64,000 nucleotides of DNA from a virus, in the UHGV virus genome UHGV-0179803; one strand, given 5' to 3'. The notes beneath the pieces were generated by a model. That model was not told the origin of the DNA and made no database searches. It saw only the letters and a list, made by a program, of their open reading frames with translations. The position numbers and the translations under genes are program-made. Every line of letters begins with the position of its first letter. Position 1 is the first letter of the stretch. This document shows, piece after piece, positions 51,508 to 60,252 of the stretch.

Positions 51508-51765
51508 ATGAAAGCACAACGTGTCAAAGCTAAAGTAAAACGTTTCTGCCTTGAAGAAGACTGCGCATTTTGTGATTGTGAACTAGGTGTCATCTATGAT
51601 GCTATCATCAATCTGGATGACGAAGATGATCCTCAACTGGGCAAAGAATGTGTCCTGATCGACGGGCATGGTGATGATGTTTACTGCACAACAGCAGAGC
51701 TGGAAATCGTAGAAGAAGGTGAAGTCTACGAAACTACTTACACAGAACTTTTCCGTAGCTTTTAA
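51508..51765 (+). CDS. Small acidic Cys-containing protein (85 aa)
   Basis: RBS AAGAGGAG. Motif CLEEDCAFCDC and an acidic C-terminal half. Confidence 0.5.
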   Translation: MKAQRVKAKVKRFCLEEDCAFCDCELGVIYDAIINLDDEDDPQLGKECVLIDGHGDDVYCTTAELEIVEEGEVYETTYTELFRSF

Positions 51766-51777
51766 AGGTGCCACAAG

Positions 51778-52176
51778 ATGAAAAAACTTTGGGATTTAGA
51801 CCTCTTCGATCTTACTGGGTTTGACGATTCATTCGGTGTTATCACAGTCCGTGATGGTGTGGCTGTGCTTAACTTGAATGGTCAGCAATTCCTGCTTGAA
51901 GATATGGCTTTGGTACGTGCAGATGACAATCCAAAAGCTGATCTGTTTGACCGTTTACAGCCGTTCAATTTCCGTAAAGGTACAAAAGCAGACCTTGATT
52001 GTAAGGTCAACGTGATGGTCACACAACAAGGTCCGTACCTGGTAATCTGCGCAGTAAAGAAAATGTGCAGCCTGAATGATCACGACCCACGGGCTAAAAA
52101 CGATGTTATCATCCTCAAAGTGGGTGATGCGATGGAAGATTTGATGAATGCAACTGGAGGTACTGGTGAGGACTGA
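51778..52176 (+). CDS. Hypothetical protein (132 aa)
   Basis: RBS AAAGGTG. Confidence 0.45.
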   Translation: MKKLWDLDLFDLTGFDDSFGVITVRDGVAVLNLNGQQFLLEDMALVRADDNPKADLFDRLQPFNFRKGTKADLDCKVNVMVTQQGPYLVICAVKKMCSLNDHDPRAKNDVIILKVGDAMEDLMNATGGTGED

Positions 52177-52468
52177 TTACGAAAATATGGATCCTGAAGA
52201 CTTCCTGAAGATCTTACGCCGCGTAATGAACTCACAAAACGAGATCACTTTGGAAGATGAGTTACTTGCCTCTTACCTCGAAGAGGCTGGCGATGAGCTT
52301 CCAATCTATGCGGGTCCGGGGGGCATGTATGCTTTGTGGCGCAAGATAGACATTCTTGAAACAGGGAAAGATATGATTATCTGGCACCTGATCAACAATG
52401 TTGGGGTCCCTGCATTTGACAAAGCGGTTGCAGAATTTTATCAACTTGACGAAGGCTACCCAGTATGA
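52166..52468 (+). CDS. Hypothetical protein (start uncertain: GTG 52166 or ATG 52187)
   Basis: ORF in operon; GTG is 5 nt after GGAGG. Confidence 0.35.
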   Translation: MRTDYENMDPEDFLKILRRVMNSQNEITLEDELLASYLEEAGDELPIYAGPGGMYALWRKIDILETGKDMIIWHLINNVGVPAFDKAVAEFYQLDEGYPV

Positions 52469-52725
52469 AACGCTTAACAGACCATGTATTCAAAGAAGGT
52501 GACAAAATCGTATTCGATGAGTTAGGTCCTGGCGCTGAAGCATGTGAAAACCTGACAGTAGGTAAAGAGTATGAAGTTGTAACTCCTACTTACAAACACA
52601 CACAGCTGTTCGGTATTGATGCTGAAATCTTACTACCAGGTATGTTTGAAATCCGTGATGATGCAGGTGATCTGATCGTAGGCGTACTTGGTGACGGCCT
52701 GTGGGGTGTTGCACGCCCAGTGTGA
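52465..52725 (+). CDS. Hypothetical small protein (86 aa)
   Basis: Overlapping stop/start. Confidence 0.45.
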   Translation: MKRLTDHVFKEGDKIVFDELGPGAEACENLTVGKEYEVVTPTYKHTQLFGIDAEILLPGMFEIRDDAGDLIVGVLGDGLWGVARPV

Positions 52726-52745
52726 TACTGTATAAACAATCAGTA

Positions 52746-52774
52746 TTGTTATTCCTGTAGGGAAGTGCTATAAT
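52746..52774 (+). promoter_or_regulatory. Sigma70-like promoter (TTGTTA, 17 bp spacer, TATAAT), with -10 inside an inverted repeat
   Basis: The TATAAT sits in the loop of GGGAAGTGC-TATAATGG-TACTTCCC. Confidence 0.45.
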
Positions 52775-52821
52775 GGTACTTCCCTTTAATACGTTGTTCA
52801 ACTAATCGGAGATTTCCTATA

Positions 52822-53217
52822 ATGGAACAAATGAACGATCAAGAAACGGTGGCAATGAACGTGCCAAACGAAGAACAACCTCAAGAAGCTGTATTCTTAG
52901 GGTTATCACGAGATCAGGTAGCTTTGCTGGCTGTTCTCTCTTCCTTCTTCTCCAACCTTACCGAAGTCATGAAGCAACAAGATGCTGATCGACTCTTCCA
53001 GGCACTGGTTGAAGAACCAAATTACAGACGCTTAGATTATGCTTTAGGTTGGGTAGCTCGCAACCGGGATGATATCCTTGCTTTGGTGGGAACCTGCAAC
53101 TTTGCACTGGGCCTACTGGCTAAAGTACAGGATACCTTAATCAAAGTCGGCTTCCAGGCTGGTGATCAGCAACAAGAAGCAGAGCAACCACAACAAACTG
53201 AAGGAGACAAACAATGA
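52822..53217 (+). CDS. Hypothetical protein (131 aa), Gln/Glu-rich termini
   Basis: ORF downstream of the promoter. Confidence 0.45.
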   Translation: MEQMNDQETVAMNVPNEEQPQEAVFLGLSRDQVALLAVLSSFFSNLTEVMKQQDADRLFQALVEEPNYRRLDYALGWVARNRDDILALVGTCNFALGLLAKVQDTLIKVGFQAGDQQQEAEQPQQTEGDKQ

Positions 53218-54467
53218 GTGTTGTACAAGAATTCAAAAACCCAATGAATCCCCGTGAAACTATTCTCATGGCTCACGGTATCATCAAACGGGTAAGTATT
53301 AAACCTATCAAAGGGGCTGATCCTGAAACAGGCATCAAAACTACTGTGTGGCAAGGTAAGAAAATAGAATCCTCACACACTATTGCTCTTCTAATCGCTG
53401 AAGTGGATGAGAACGACAAACTGCTCCAGGGCGGTGAAGAGATGTGGGTTAGCATGGGCGATAAACTCCTGAAACCTGGTCATCAGGATTCTGTTAGCGT
53501 TAAGATTAATGACAAATGGGAAACTGTAGTACCTGGCTGGATTGTTAACATCCCGCTTAAATCCAACGAGTACAACGGTAAAACCTATTACAAAGGATCT
53601 CTGGCTAAAATTGTTGTGTTAGGGGCTGGTGAAGTACCTGCAAGTGCTCCTAAAGCGCAGCAGAAAGGCCAACAACAGCCTAAACATGGTCAGGGTAAGC
53701 AACCACAAGGCAACCAACAAAAACCTGCTCAGAAAGGGGCTAATGACGTTTTACGCATTTATGGTACTATCACCGCCATTGATGGTAAATCCGTAACCGT
53801 TGATGATCAGAAGATTGGTGTTGGTGTGATGGTTGTCAACAACCCAAATCAGTTGAAAGAGCTGGTTGTAGGTGGTCGTGTTGCAGCTGTATGCGATACA
53901 GCGGGTAATGTCCTGAGTGGTTTTAAAGCATATCCACCACTGGAAAACAAAACACCTCGTAAGTCAACCTACGACCCTATTGGTGTGAGCACTGGTCATG
54001 CTCTTAATGCAATGCAAATTCTTCTGGATCGTGGATTGAATCCGGGGAGTACGACAGATTTAGGTATCGCAATGCAACTCCACACCTTGACAATTGACCT
54101 TAAAATGGAGTATGCTAAGGCAACAGGGAATGAAGAGGATGCTGTTGGGGCAACTGTAGGTAATGCTGTACTTAATGCATGTCGCCGTGTTAACATCGAC
54201 AACCTACAGAATCTTGATTGTCTGTTCAAAGATATCAAAGCTGAAGCCAATAACGTTCTGGTAAATCTGGCTGAACCTTTGTATCAGTGGATCAAAACTG
54301 GCAGCACAACCGCTGTTTCTAAACAGGGAACCAAACAGGAACCTGTGCCGGAACAGAAGCCAGAACCGCAACCGGAGCCTCAGCAGAATACTGTAGATGC
54401 TCCACCAGTAGAAGAGGAGGAACCTGATCCTACAGAGTGGGCCTTTGATGAAGACATACCCTTCTGA
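53214..54467 (+). CDS. ssb: Single-stranded DNA-binding protein (SSB-like) with long Gln/Pro-rich linker and acidic tip
   Basis: C-terminus ..EWAFDEDIPF matches the conserved SSB tail (..DDDIPF). Low-complexity linker QQKGQQQPKHGQGKQPQGNQQKP. The N-terminal region is compatible with an OB fold but was not verified. Confidence 0.6.
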   Translation: MSVVQEFKNPMNPRETILMAHGIIKRVSIKPIKGADPETGIKTTVWQGKKIESSHTIALLIAEVDENDKLLQGGEEMWVSMGDKLLKPGHQDSVSVKINDKWETVVPGWIVNIPLKSNEYNGKTYYKGSLAKIVVLGAGEVPASAPKAQQKGQQQPKHGQGKQPQGNQQKPAQKGANDVLRIYGTITAIDGKSVTVDDQKIGVGVMVVNNPNQLKELVVGGRVAAVCDTAGNVLSGFKAYPPLENKTPRKSTYDPIGVSTGHALNAMQILLDRGLNPGSTTDLGIAMQLHTLTIDLKMEYAKATGNEEDAVGATVGNAVLNACRRVNIDNLQNLDCLFKDIKAEANNVLVNLAEPLYQWIKTGSTTAVSKQGTKQEPVPEQKPEPQPEPQQNTVDAPPVEEEEPDPTEWAFDEDIPF

Positions 54468-54531
54468 TAAGTCATTGATTTATAGAGGATTTTAGCCATG
54501 TTCAACGAAGAAAACTGGGATGTGTAACGAT

Positions 54532-54558
54532 AAGGCCACCTTCGGGTGGCCTTTTTTA
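54532..54558 (+). terminator. Rho-independent terminator (AAGGCCACC-TTCG-GGTGGCCTT + T6)
   Basis: Perfect stem with UUCG loop and TTTTTT, right after ssb. Confidence 0.75.
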
Positions 54559-54587
54559 TTGACAAGAGAAAAATTTTAGGCTATAAT
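54559..54587 (+). promoter_or_regulatory. Consensus sigma70 promoter (TTGACA, 17 bp spacer, TATAAT)
   Basis: Exact consensus hexamers, directly abutting the upstream terminator. Confidence 0.7.
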
Positions 54588-54889
54588 GCGACCACTAAGA
54601 GAAAGATAAGGACTACCACTAGGATTAAGCAAGACATTATCAAAGCACGCAAACAGTTGACAGCGGAAGAAGCTCTTGATCGGGGTTATCGTTTTGCACA
54701 GACTTATAAAGCTATTCGTGAAGCACTGACTGATATGGTCAATGGGCAGCGGGAAGTGATGAAAAACAATATCAGCATTAAAATTTCTGAGTACACAATT
54801 TGCAGGTTAGAAAGTTTAGGCATCACTGTTCGTGATTTTGCTTTCAAAGTCTTGTTCCGTTTGGAACGTTTGTGAGAGGGAGGTATTCC

Positions 54890-55528
54890 ATGAAAAAGTT
54901 TATTGGCAAGGTAGTGGCTGTAGATGTGGACCTTACTTTTGTTGATTCTGGTCGTGCATGGTTAGACTGGTGTCAGAAAAGGACTGGTCTACCTATTAAC
55001 GTTTTTCTGCCGCCACAGAATCCACAGATGCGTTTCTATTATGACCTGACAAAATACTTCCCTGAATGCTACAAGAAAGATTTGAGGCTTTTCTGGAAGT
55101 TGGGTGGCATCTATGACAACCTTGAGCCGTTGCCTGGTGCTGTTGACACTATCAAGTGGTTGCATGATGAAGGAGCCATCATCTGGTTTTTAACTGGGTC
55201 TTTAAGCCACAAACAACATGTTAATAAATTCGATTTCATTAACAAGTGGTGTCCTTTCCTGGAGATAAAATGGGGAGGCCACGGAAACAGGAACGAAAAC
55301 GAACTGATCCGTGTGAAAGATATGTACGAGAAGGTAAATTTCGAGTGGGACGTGCTCATAGATGATCGCATAGAGGCATTTCCTCCTCGGAAAGATTCTC
55401 ACGCCGGAAGCACGATTCTGATGGATACTCCTTACGATCAGAGTTGTACGGATTGGACACGTGTTGACGCTGTTGTTAACGGTTGGGGTGATAAAATGAA
55501 AGAGCACCTTGAATGGGCTTTAGCTTGA
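54890..55528 (+). CDS. HAD-superfamily hydrolase, probable 5'(3')-deoxyribonucleotidase
   Basis: RBS GAGGGAGG. HAD motif I VAVDVDLTF (DxDxT) and motif IV VLIDDRIE. Confidence 0.55.
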   Translation: MKKFIGKVVAVDVDLTFVDSGRAWLDWCQKRTGLPINVFLPPQNPQMRFYYDLTKYFPECYKKDLRLFWKLGGIYDNLEPLPGAVDTIKWLHDEGAIIWFLTGSLSHKQHVNKFDFINKWCPFLEIKWGGHGNRNENELIRVKDMYEKVNFEWDVLIDDRIEAFPPRKDSHAGSTILMDTPYDQSCTDWTRVDAVVNGWGDKMKEHLEWALA

Positions 55529-55557
55529 TGCCTTCCCACAAAGCAGAGGTACACCAC

Positions 55558-55986
55558 ATGTGCAAATGTAAATCTTACAATAAGAAAGTGAAGGGCGCTA
55601 AACACCCAAATGTTATTCTGGAAGTTCCTAAACGTCTTCGTACAAAACGGTTAGATGGGACGGAACAACGCACTATTGCAGTTGATAAATGCATGGCTAA
55701 ACGGCTGGTTAGTTTGTGGGCAGCAGGTTTGCAGACTATGAACTGTTGCTGTGGTCACAACAAGTTTATGCCTACAATAATCATTCCAGAAGATGCTTGT
55801 CTGGAAGATTATTTCAAGATTCTTGATCGCTATGAGCAAACTTGTGTTGCACAGTGGCGTAAGTTCAAAGGTGAGTTTAGTCTGTTCTACTACATTAAGG
55901 TGGGTTCAGCTATACTTTGTATCAGTGAGCCTCCAAAAGTTCATGGCCCAGATTTTTATATAGCCACCAAAGTGTTCAATCAATAA
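55558..55986 (+). CDS. Cys-rich hypothetical protein (142 aa)
   Basis: ATG after AGAGGT. MCKCKSYNKK.. and NCCCGHNKF.. Cys clusters suggest metal binding. Confidence 0.45.
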   Translation: MCKCKSYNKKVKGAKHPNVILEVPKRLRTKRLDGTEQRTIAVDKCMAKRLVSLWAAGLQTMNCCCGHNKFMPTIIIPEDACLEDYFKILDRYEQTCVAQWRKFKGEFSLFYYIKVGSAILCISEPPKVHGPDFYIATKVFNQ

Positions 55987-56003
55987 GTTAAGATATTAAG
56001 TTC

Positions 56004-56261
56004 ATGAAAAGAAAACTAATTAAGCGCAATAAGGCATTTTTAAGTAAGTGTATTAAGGACGCTAAGGGCTGGCCTCTATACCTCTTCCTTTATGACAGGT
56101 ATTCTAAAATGTCGGTTATGGAAATGCGGTACTACAAGAAGCTCAGAAAGGAATCATATACGAAACAGGGCCGCATTAACGGACTTTACCTGATGTGGTA
56201 CGGTAAAGAACCGTCCAGAATCTGTGTTGGGTTAAAGGGGCGTATACGGAACAAAAATTAA
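56004..56261 (+). CDS. Hypothetical basic protein (85 aa)
   Basis: Lys/Arg-rich ORF. Confidence 0.45.
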   Translation: MKRKLIKRNKAFLSKCIKDAKGWPLYLFLYDRYSKMSVMEMRYYKKLRKESYTKQGRINGLYLMWYGKEPSRICVGLKGRIRNKN

Positions 56262-56280
56262 TATTTTGCAACTTTACCTC

Positions 56281-56309
56281 TTGACAACACCAACAAAAAA
56301 GAGTACATT
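56281..56309 (+). promoter_or_regulatory. Sigma70-like promoter (TTGACA, 17 bp spacer, TACATT) overlapping a terminator hairpin
   Basis: -35 exact. The hairpin GGCCAACA-AAGAT-TGTTGGCC + T-tract at 56313-56343 begins right after the -10. Confidence 0.5.
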
Positions 56310-56357
56310 AAAGGCCAACAAAGATTGTTGGCCTTTTTATTTTCGGAGAGACATATC

Positions 56358-56861
56358 ATGGCACTTAGTCTGAAACACGAATTTGGCGGTCTTGTTAACA
56401 GAGAACTTTTCGGTATTGACTGGTGTGTAGAGAAGTTTACTGGTTATCAAGACAAGGAAGAGGCTTACGTTACGCTGTCTGTACAAATTTACACTACAAG
56501 AATCACTATCCACCAGGGTGATGGAAATGTAACTCTTGACGAAATGTATGCCAAATACGATCTTATCCGTGATATGATCGAGCGCTGGATGTTTGCTCTG
56601 GATAACAACATCAAATGTAGTGATCGTATCTGGTTAGACAACTCTCACGCCAAAGGGCACATGCACGGGAATTGCACTTTCGAGGTCTGTGTTGACGGCG
56701 ACAGTAGTGATGACACTTTCACTTTAGCTGATTGTCAAAAACGGCTGTATTTTTCTCCTTACCAAATAGACCAAGTAAAATTACTGCATAAAGAACTTTG
56801 CAACCTTCTTAAAGCAATCAAGTATTGCAAAACTCATGACGTTTATGGGGGTGCATTATGA
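56358..56861 (+). CDS. Hypothetical protein (167 aa)
   Basis: ATG after GGAGAG. Confidence 0.5.
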   Translation: MALSLKHEFGGLVNRELFGIDWCVEKFTGYQDKEEAYVTLSVQIYTTRITIHQGDGNVTLDEMYAKYDLIRDMIERWMFALDNNIKCSDRIWLDNSHAKGHMHGNCTFEVCVDGDSSDDTFTLADCQKRLYFSPYQIDQVKLLHKELCNLLKAIKYCKTHDVYGGAL

Positions 56862-57313
56862 TTTTTGGTAGTGACGGTGGCAAATGGTACGGTGATGACT
56901 ACTACGGAATCAGCTACCACATAGAACTGAACAAAAAGCTGCCTTGTGTGTTTGAACTGTGCATTAAAAAGGCAGAACGTGTTGTTCGCCTGCACAATGA
57001 TCATTTTGCAGACTTCCTGATAAAAATCGAAAGACTGCAAGACTGTTTGTGTGATTTTTTACAAGCAGTAGATAACGGTGAGAAAAGTTACGGCAGGGTT
57101 GATCTCGACAGCAGTGATGAATTTTTCAAAATGCTGGCGCGTTGTTGCTGGCATGTCGGGATGGAAGGGGCTTGCTATCCAGAGTTTTGTATCTCTGATT
57201 GCTACCGCATCAATCATTTTACTTCTATCGAGTTTTTAAAAGACCTCGAAAACGAGTTAAAGGTTGTGTTAGACTACCTGCACAAACACGCAGCAGAGTA
57301 CGGAGATCGTTAA
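56858..57313 (+). CDS. Hypothetical protein (151 aa)
   Basis: Overlapping stop/start. Confidence 0.45.
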   Translation: MIFGSDGGKWYGDDYYGISYHIELNKKLPCVFELCIKKAERVVRLHNDHFADFLIKIERLQDCLCDFLQAVDNGEKSYGRVDLDSSDEFFKMLARCCWHVGMEGACYPEFCISDCYRINHFTSIEFLKDLENELKVVLDYLHKHAAEYGDR

Positions 57314-57334
57314 GCTAAGTAGAAGAGGGGCACT

Positions 57335-57796
57335 ATGATTATCGGTACTGTAAATGGGGATTTAATCTCTATCTTTAAAAGCGGGGCTGGTCACCTGATC
57401 CACGGTTGCAACTGCTTCCACACAATGGGTGCAGGCATAGCAAGGCAGATTGCCAAAGAGTTTCCTCAAGCGTTGGAGACTGATAGGATGACTGCTTACG
57501 GTGATCCAGACAAGTTGGGCACGCTCTCTTGTTGGGAGCATTTTGCCAAGAACAGGATTGTATACGGGATTAACATGTATACTCAATTCCGACCAGGGCC
57601 TAATGCTGATTACTCTTCAATCATGAATGGTTTTGAGCAAGTCAATGAGGTATTCGAAGGTATGTCGTTACCGTTCTACATCCCTAAGATTGGGTGCGGT
57701 ATAGGAGGTCTTATGTGGGAGCATGTAGAGAATATCATCAACCTCACGACTCCTGATATAAAAGTGATCGTAGTGGAATACTGCAAAAAAGGTTGA
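57335..57796 (+). CDS. Macro-domain protein (ADP-ribose binding or hydrolase-like)
   Basis: RBS GAAGAGGGG. Segments ..GAGHLIHGCNCFHTMGAGIARQIAKEF.. and ..IPKIGCGIGGLMWE.. follow the macro-domain layout (N-x-N/A-N followed by a Gly-rich loop, later a second Gly-rich loop). Confidence 0.55.
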   Translation: MIIGTVNGDLISIFKSGAGHLIHGCNCFHTMGAGIARQIAKEFPQALETDRMTAYGDPDKLGTLSCWEHFAKNRIVYGINMYTQFRPGPNADYSSIMNGFEQVNEVFEGMSLPFYIPKIGCGIGGLMWEHVENIINLTTPDIKVIVVEYCKKG

Positions 57797-57820
57797 CACC
57801 GGAAAATTATGGTGTATAAT
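57793..57820 (+). promoter_or_regulatory. Sigma70 promoter (TTGACA, 16 bp spacer, TATAAT)
   Basis: Exact hexamers; -35 overlaps the stop codon of the macro-domain gene. Confidence 0.6.
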
Positions 57821-57853
57821 GCAAACACATAAACCAACAGAGAGCGACATGTT

Positions 57854-58045
57854 ATGGTAATTTTTAATCGAGATGGTATTATTGTCCAACAGCACCCGTT
57901 CCTCGAATACTATCAGGTTGAGCAATGGAGCTACGGTGATTGCAGCCACACTTACGGTCAAGGCTGGGGGTATCATGTAGTTTTTGAATCAACTGACCTT
58001 AATGAAGTAAAACAGAAAGTTTTAGAACTCCTTAACAGCAAGTAA
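57854..58045 (+). CDS. Hypothetical small protein (63 aa)
   Basis: ORF after the promoter. Confidence 0.4.
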   Translation: MVIFNRDGIIVQQHPFLEYYQVEQWSYGDCSHTYGQGWGYHVVFESTDLNEVKQKVLELLNSK

Positions 58046-58071
58046 GTATTACCGCACCAGTTAAAAATTGG

Positions 58072-58100
58072 TTGACAACAGGTGTGGAATCTGGTACAGT
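58072..58100 (+). promoter_or_regulatory. Sigma70 promoter (TTGACA, 17 bp spacer, TACAGT)
   Basis: Exact -35 and a reasonable -10; AAGGAG RBS and ATG at 58133 downstream. Confidence 0.55.
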
Positions 58101-58132
58101 ACATCCTATACAAAAGAGAAGGAGCACACACT

Positions 58133-58360
58133 ATGTTGTATCGAGTTAAAGTTGCAGCGGATGTTCAGGGTCCGTGGGCTGAGTGGGCAGGCTGGTATTT
58201 ACTTGCTCCAATGGAGGGTTGTACTGATATTAAGTACAATGCTTGCCTCTACAACGAAGAGGAACTTGAAGAGGAACTCTTCATTGCAGATGGTATAGAG
58301 CACGGCCTGTTTGAAGTAGAGCCAGCTTTCGACTCTATACCGGGTTATTATTCTTATTGA
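58133..58360 (+). CDS. Hypothetical small acidic protein (75 aa)
   Basis: ATG after AAGGAG. Confidence 0.45.
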   Translation: MLYRVKVAADVQGPWAEWAGWYLLAPMEGCTDIKYNACLYNEEELEEELFIADGIEHGLFEVEPAFDSIPGYYSY

Positions 58361-58371
58361 GGGGACGAAAA

Positions 58372-58590
58372 ATGAGCATTCAAGAACATGCAGCACATAT
58401 GTGCCATATGATCACAACTCAGTACCCTCAGCAAATGGCATCAGACTTACGTCTGATCGAGATCCATAGCCGCTTTGCCAATATTGTAGAGGATCCTGTT
58501 TATTACTCTGGTGTACACGGTGAACGTGCATTTGATGCCGCTTGCAACGATTTTGTAGACTGGGAAGATGCACTTTGCTACCAGAGTTAA
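58372..58590 (+). CDS. Hypothetical small protein (72 aa)
   Basis: ATG after GAGGGG. Confidence 0.45.
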   Translation: MSIQEHAAHMCHMITTQYPQQMASDLRLIEIHSRFANIVEDPVYYSGVHGERAFDAACNDFVDWEDALCYQS

Positions 58591-58611
58591 GATGGTTGAG
58601 GAGGTTCTCCG

Positions 58612-58770
58612 ATGGAAGTTTTAGGTTTATCAGTAATGCTCTGTGTTTTTGTGGTATTTTGTATTAGCTTTATGCCACTATCAACAGCTAACAAGGCGTT
58701 CTTCATCACGCTGATTCTGCTATTTATTATCGGCGGCACTATGTATGAAGCTGGAATTATCTTTCACTAG
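58612..58770 (+). CDS. Small two-helix membrane protein (52 aa)
   Basis: Hand-translated: MEVLGLSVMLCVFVVFCISFMPLSTANKAFFITLILLFIIGGTMYEAGIIFH. RBS GAGGAGG. Confidence 0.4.
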   Translation: MEVLGLSVMLCVFVVFCISFMPLSTANKAFFITLILLFIIGGTMYEAGIIFH

Positions 58771-58781
58771 GAGGACGTACA

Positions 58782-58976
58782 ATGGGTGATTTACAGAAAA
58801 TCTTATTTACTGTCCTGCTCCTTGTCGGTATGTTTGCGGCAGTAGGCTTTGTGGCTATTAGTGCTGCACACTACGCAGACTTTCCTGCATGGGTACGTGC
58901 TTCGTATTCAGCTATTATGTTGGGGGGTTTGTGCGGTTTCTTAAAATATATAGGACGTGAGGTGCCTGAAAAATGA
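58782..58976 (+). CDS. Small membrane protein (64 aa)
   Basis: RBS AGGAGG. Two hydrophobic segments (ILFTVLLLVGMFAAVGFVAI and AIMLGGLCGFL). Confidence 0.45.
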   Translation: MGDLQKILFTVLLLVGMFAAVGFVAISAAHYADFPAWVRASYSAIMLGGLCGFLKYIGREVPEK

Positions 58977-59401
58977 TCTACCCTGTACCTAAACTAATTC
59001 CGGTATATGACAACGATTCTCGCTTTCAGGTAATGATTGCAGGTATCCTTGTCACTGGTAAAATCGATAGCTATGTGTTCAATGGTGAACGTTTTAAAGA
59101 ATACTCTATTGAATGGGATGGCTATGACTATAACGTCTACTTCGATGAAAACGGGGAGATGTACTTCGAAGAAGTAGAAATGTTGTTAGGTGTTGCAGGT
59201 ATCATCAAACCTAAGGATGTAGAATTTGCTGAAGGGGAATGCGATGACTGCGGTGACTATTGCGTCTGCGATATCCACTTACCTTCAGGGGAAACTATCT
59301 ATTTTGAAACGCATTTCGGTGAAACGAACTTCCCTAATGATTGGGAAGAGTTTTTCGAGATTGTGGAAAAAGAAAGGGAAGTGTTAAGAAGCCGTCGATA
59401 A
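58973..59401 (+). CDS. Hypothetical acidic protein (142 aa)
   Basis: Overlapping stop/start. Confidence 0.45.
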   Translation: MIYPVPKLIPVYDNDSRFQVMIAGILVTGKIDSYVFNGERFKEYSIEWDGYDYNVYFDENGEMYFEEVEMLLGVAGIIKPKDVEFAEGECDDCGDYCVCDIHLPSGETIYFETHFGETNFPNDWEEFFEIVEKEREVLRSRR

Positions 59402-59432
59402 ACCCAGTGTAATAATTTTCACTTATTTGCTA

Positions 59433-59461
59433 TTGACAACTGTGTGGGAGAGTGTTATACT
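59433..59461 (+). promoter_or_regulatory. Sigma70 promoter (TTGACA, 17 bp spacer, TATACT)
   Basis: Exact -35, near-consensus -10; RBS AAGGAGAG and ATG at 59491 downstream. Confidence 0.6.
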
Positions 59462-59490
59462 CTCCCCATCTTAAAAAGAAGGAGAGAGTT

Positions 59491-59685
59491 ATGGCAACAG
59501 TACATCTTATGGCTATCAAACGTCACAATACTTTGTATGGCCCGATTTATGAAACTGTTCTCGGCAATCTGTATATCATCAATGGGACTAGCTTCAGCAA
59601 AATTGACATTCACCACATCGAAGCGTTTCGTGTAGCAGAGCCAGAGTTAGGTTGCTGGTTCCTTCCTGTAGAATGCAATTTATGA
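59491..59685 (+). CDS. Hypothetical small protein (64 aa)
   Basis: ATG after AAGGAGAG. Confidence 0.45.
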   Translation: MATVHLMAIKRHNTLYGPIYETVLGNLYIINGTSFSKIDIHHIEAFRVAEPELGCWFLPVECNL

Positions 59686-59693
59686 GGTGCAGC

Positions 59694-59906
59694 ATGGCTA
59701 CTGCAACATGTGTATCTACGCAGCATGACAAATGGGAACTCTTCGAAGAGTATGAGGTCATCGGTGAGCCAAATGAATTTACTATACTGGTAAAAGCCTG
59801 TGATGGTGAAACATGGTGGTTCCATAAGAGCTGTGATTACCCTGGTTACCATTTTGCACGTACTTCAACTGGCAAATACATTTACTTACTGGTGAACGAG
59901 GACTGA
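59694..59906 (+). CDS. Hypothetical small protein (70 aa)
   Basis: ATG after GAGGTG. Confidence 0.4.
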   Translation: MATATCVSTQHDKWELFEEYEVIGEPNEFTILVKACDGETWWFHKSCDYPGYHFARTSTGKYIYLLVNED

Positions 59907-59907
59907 T

Positions 59908-60252
59908 ATGAAAAACCGTACACATCCGCTCTATCTTCGAGAACGTAATAGTATTGCTATGGTACTGTGCGATATCTTCAATGTTTCAGATCCGTACGAT
60001 ACTCACAATATGTGGGAGACAGCACGCATCCTGTTCCCAACACCAGTGATTGTAGCCATCTCAAAGAATGGCTTGGTGAAAAGAGCATGGGATAAGTTTG
60101 GGCAGTCTTACGTCTGGGCTGATCAACTGGGGTGCTGGTTTGAAGAAAGAAACCCTGTTAGCCTGAACAATGAACGTATGCGGGGAATTGATATCATCAC
60201 GGGCAAAAACATTCGCCTGAAAGGCGAGATTGTTTTCTGGCTTCCACAATAA
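59908..60252 (+). CDS. Hypothetical protein (114 aa)
   Basis: ORF in operon. Confidence 0.45.
   Translation: MKNRTHPLYLRERNSIAMVLCDIFNVSDPYDTHNMWETARILFPTPVIVAISKNGLVKRAWDKFGQSYVWADQLGCWFEERNPVSLNNERMRGIDIITGKNIRLKGEIVFWLPQ

Noticed and set aside
54546-54875. 109-aa ORF starting at 54546
   Set aside because: Its start codon lies upstream of the -10 element of the consensus promoter at 54559-54587, so it cannot be translated from that transcript as drawn. Kept as an open question in findings.
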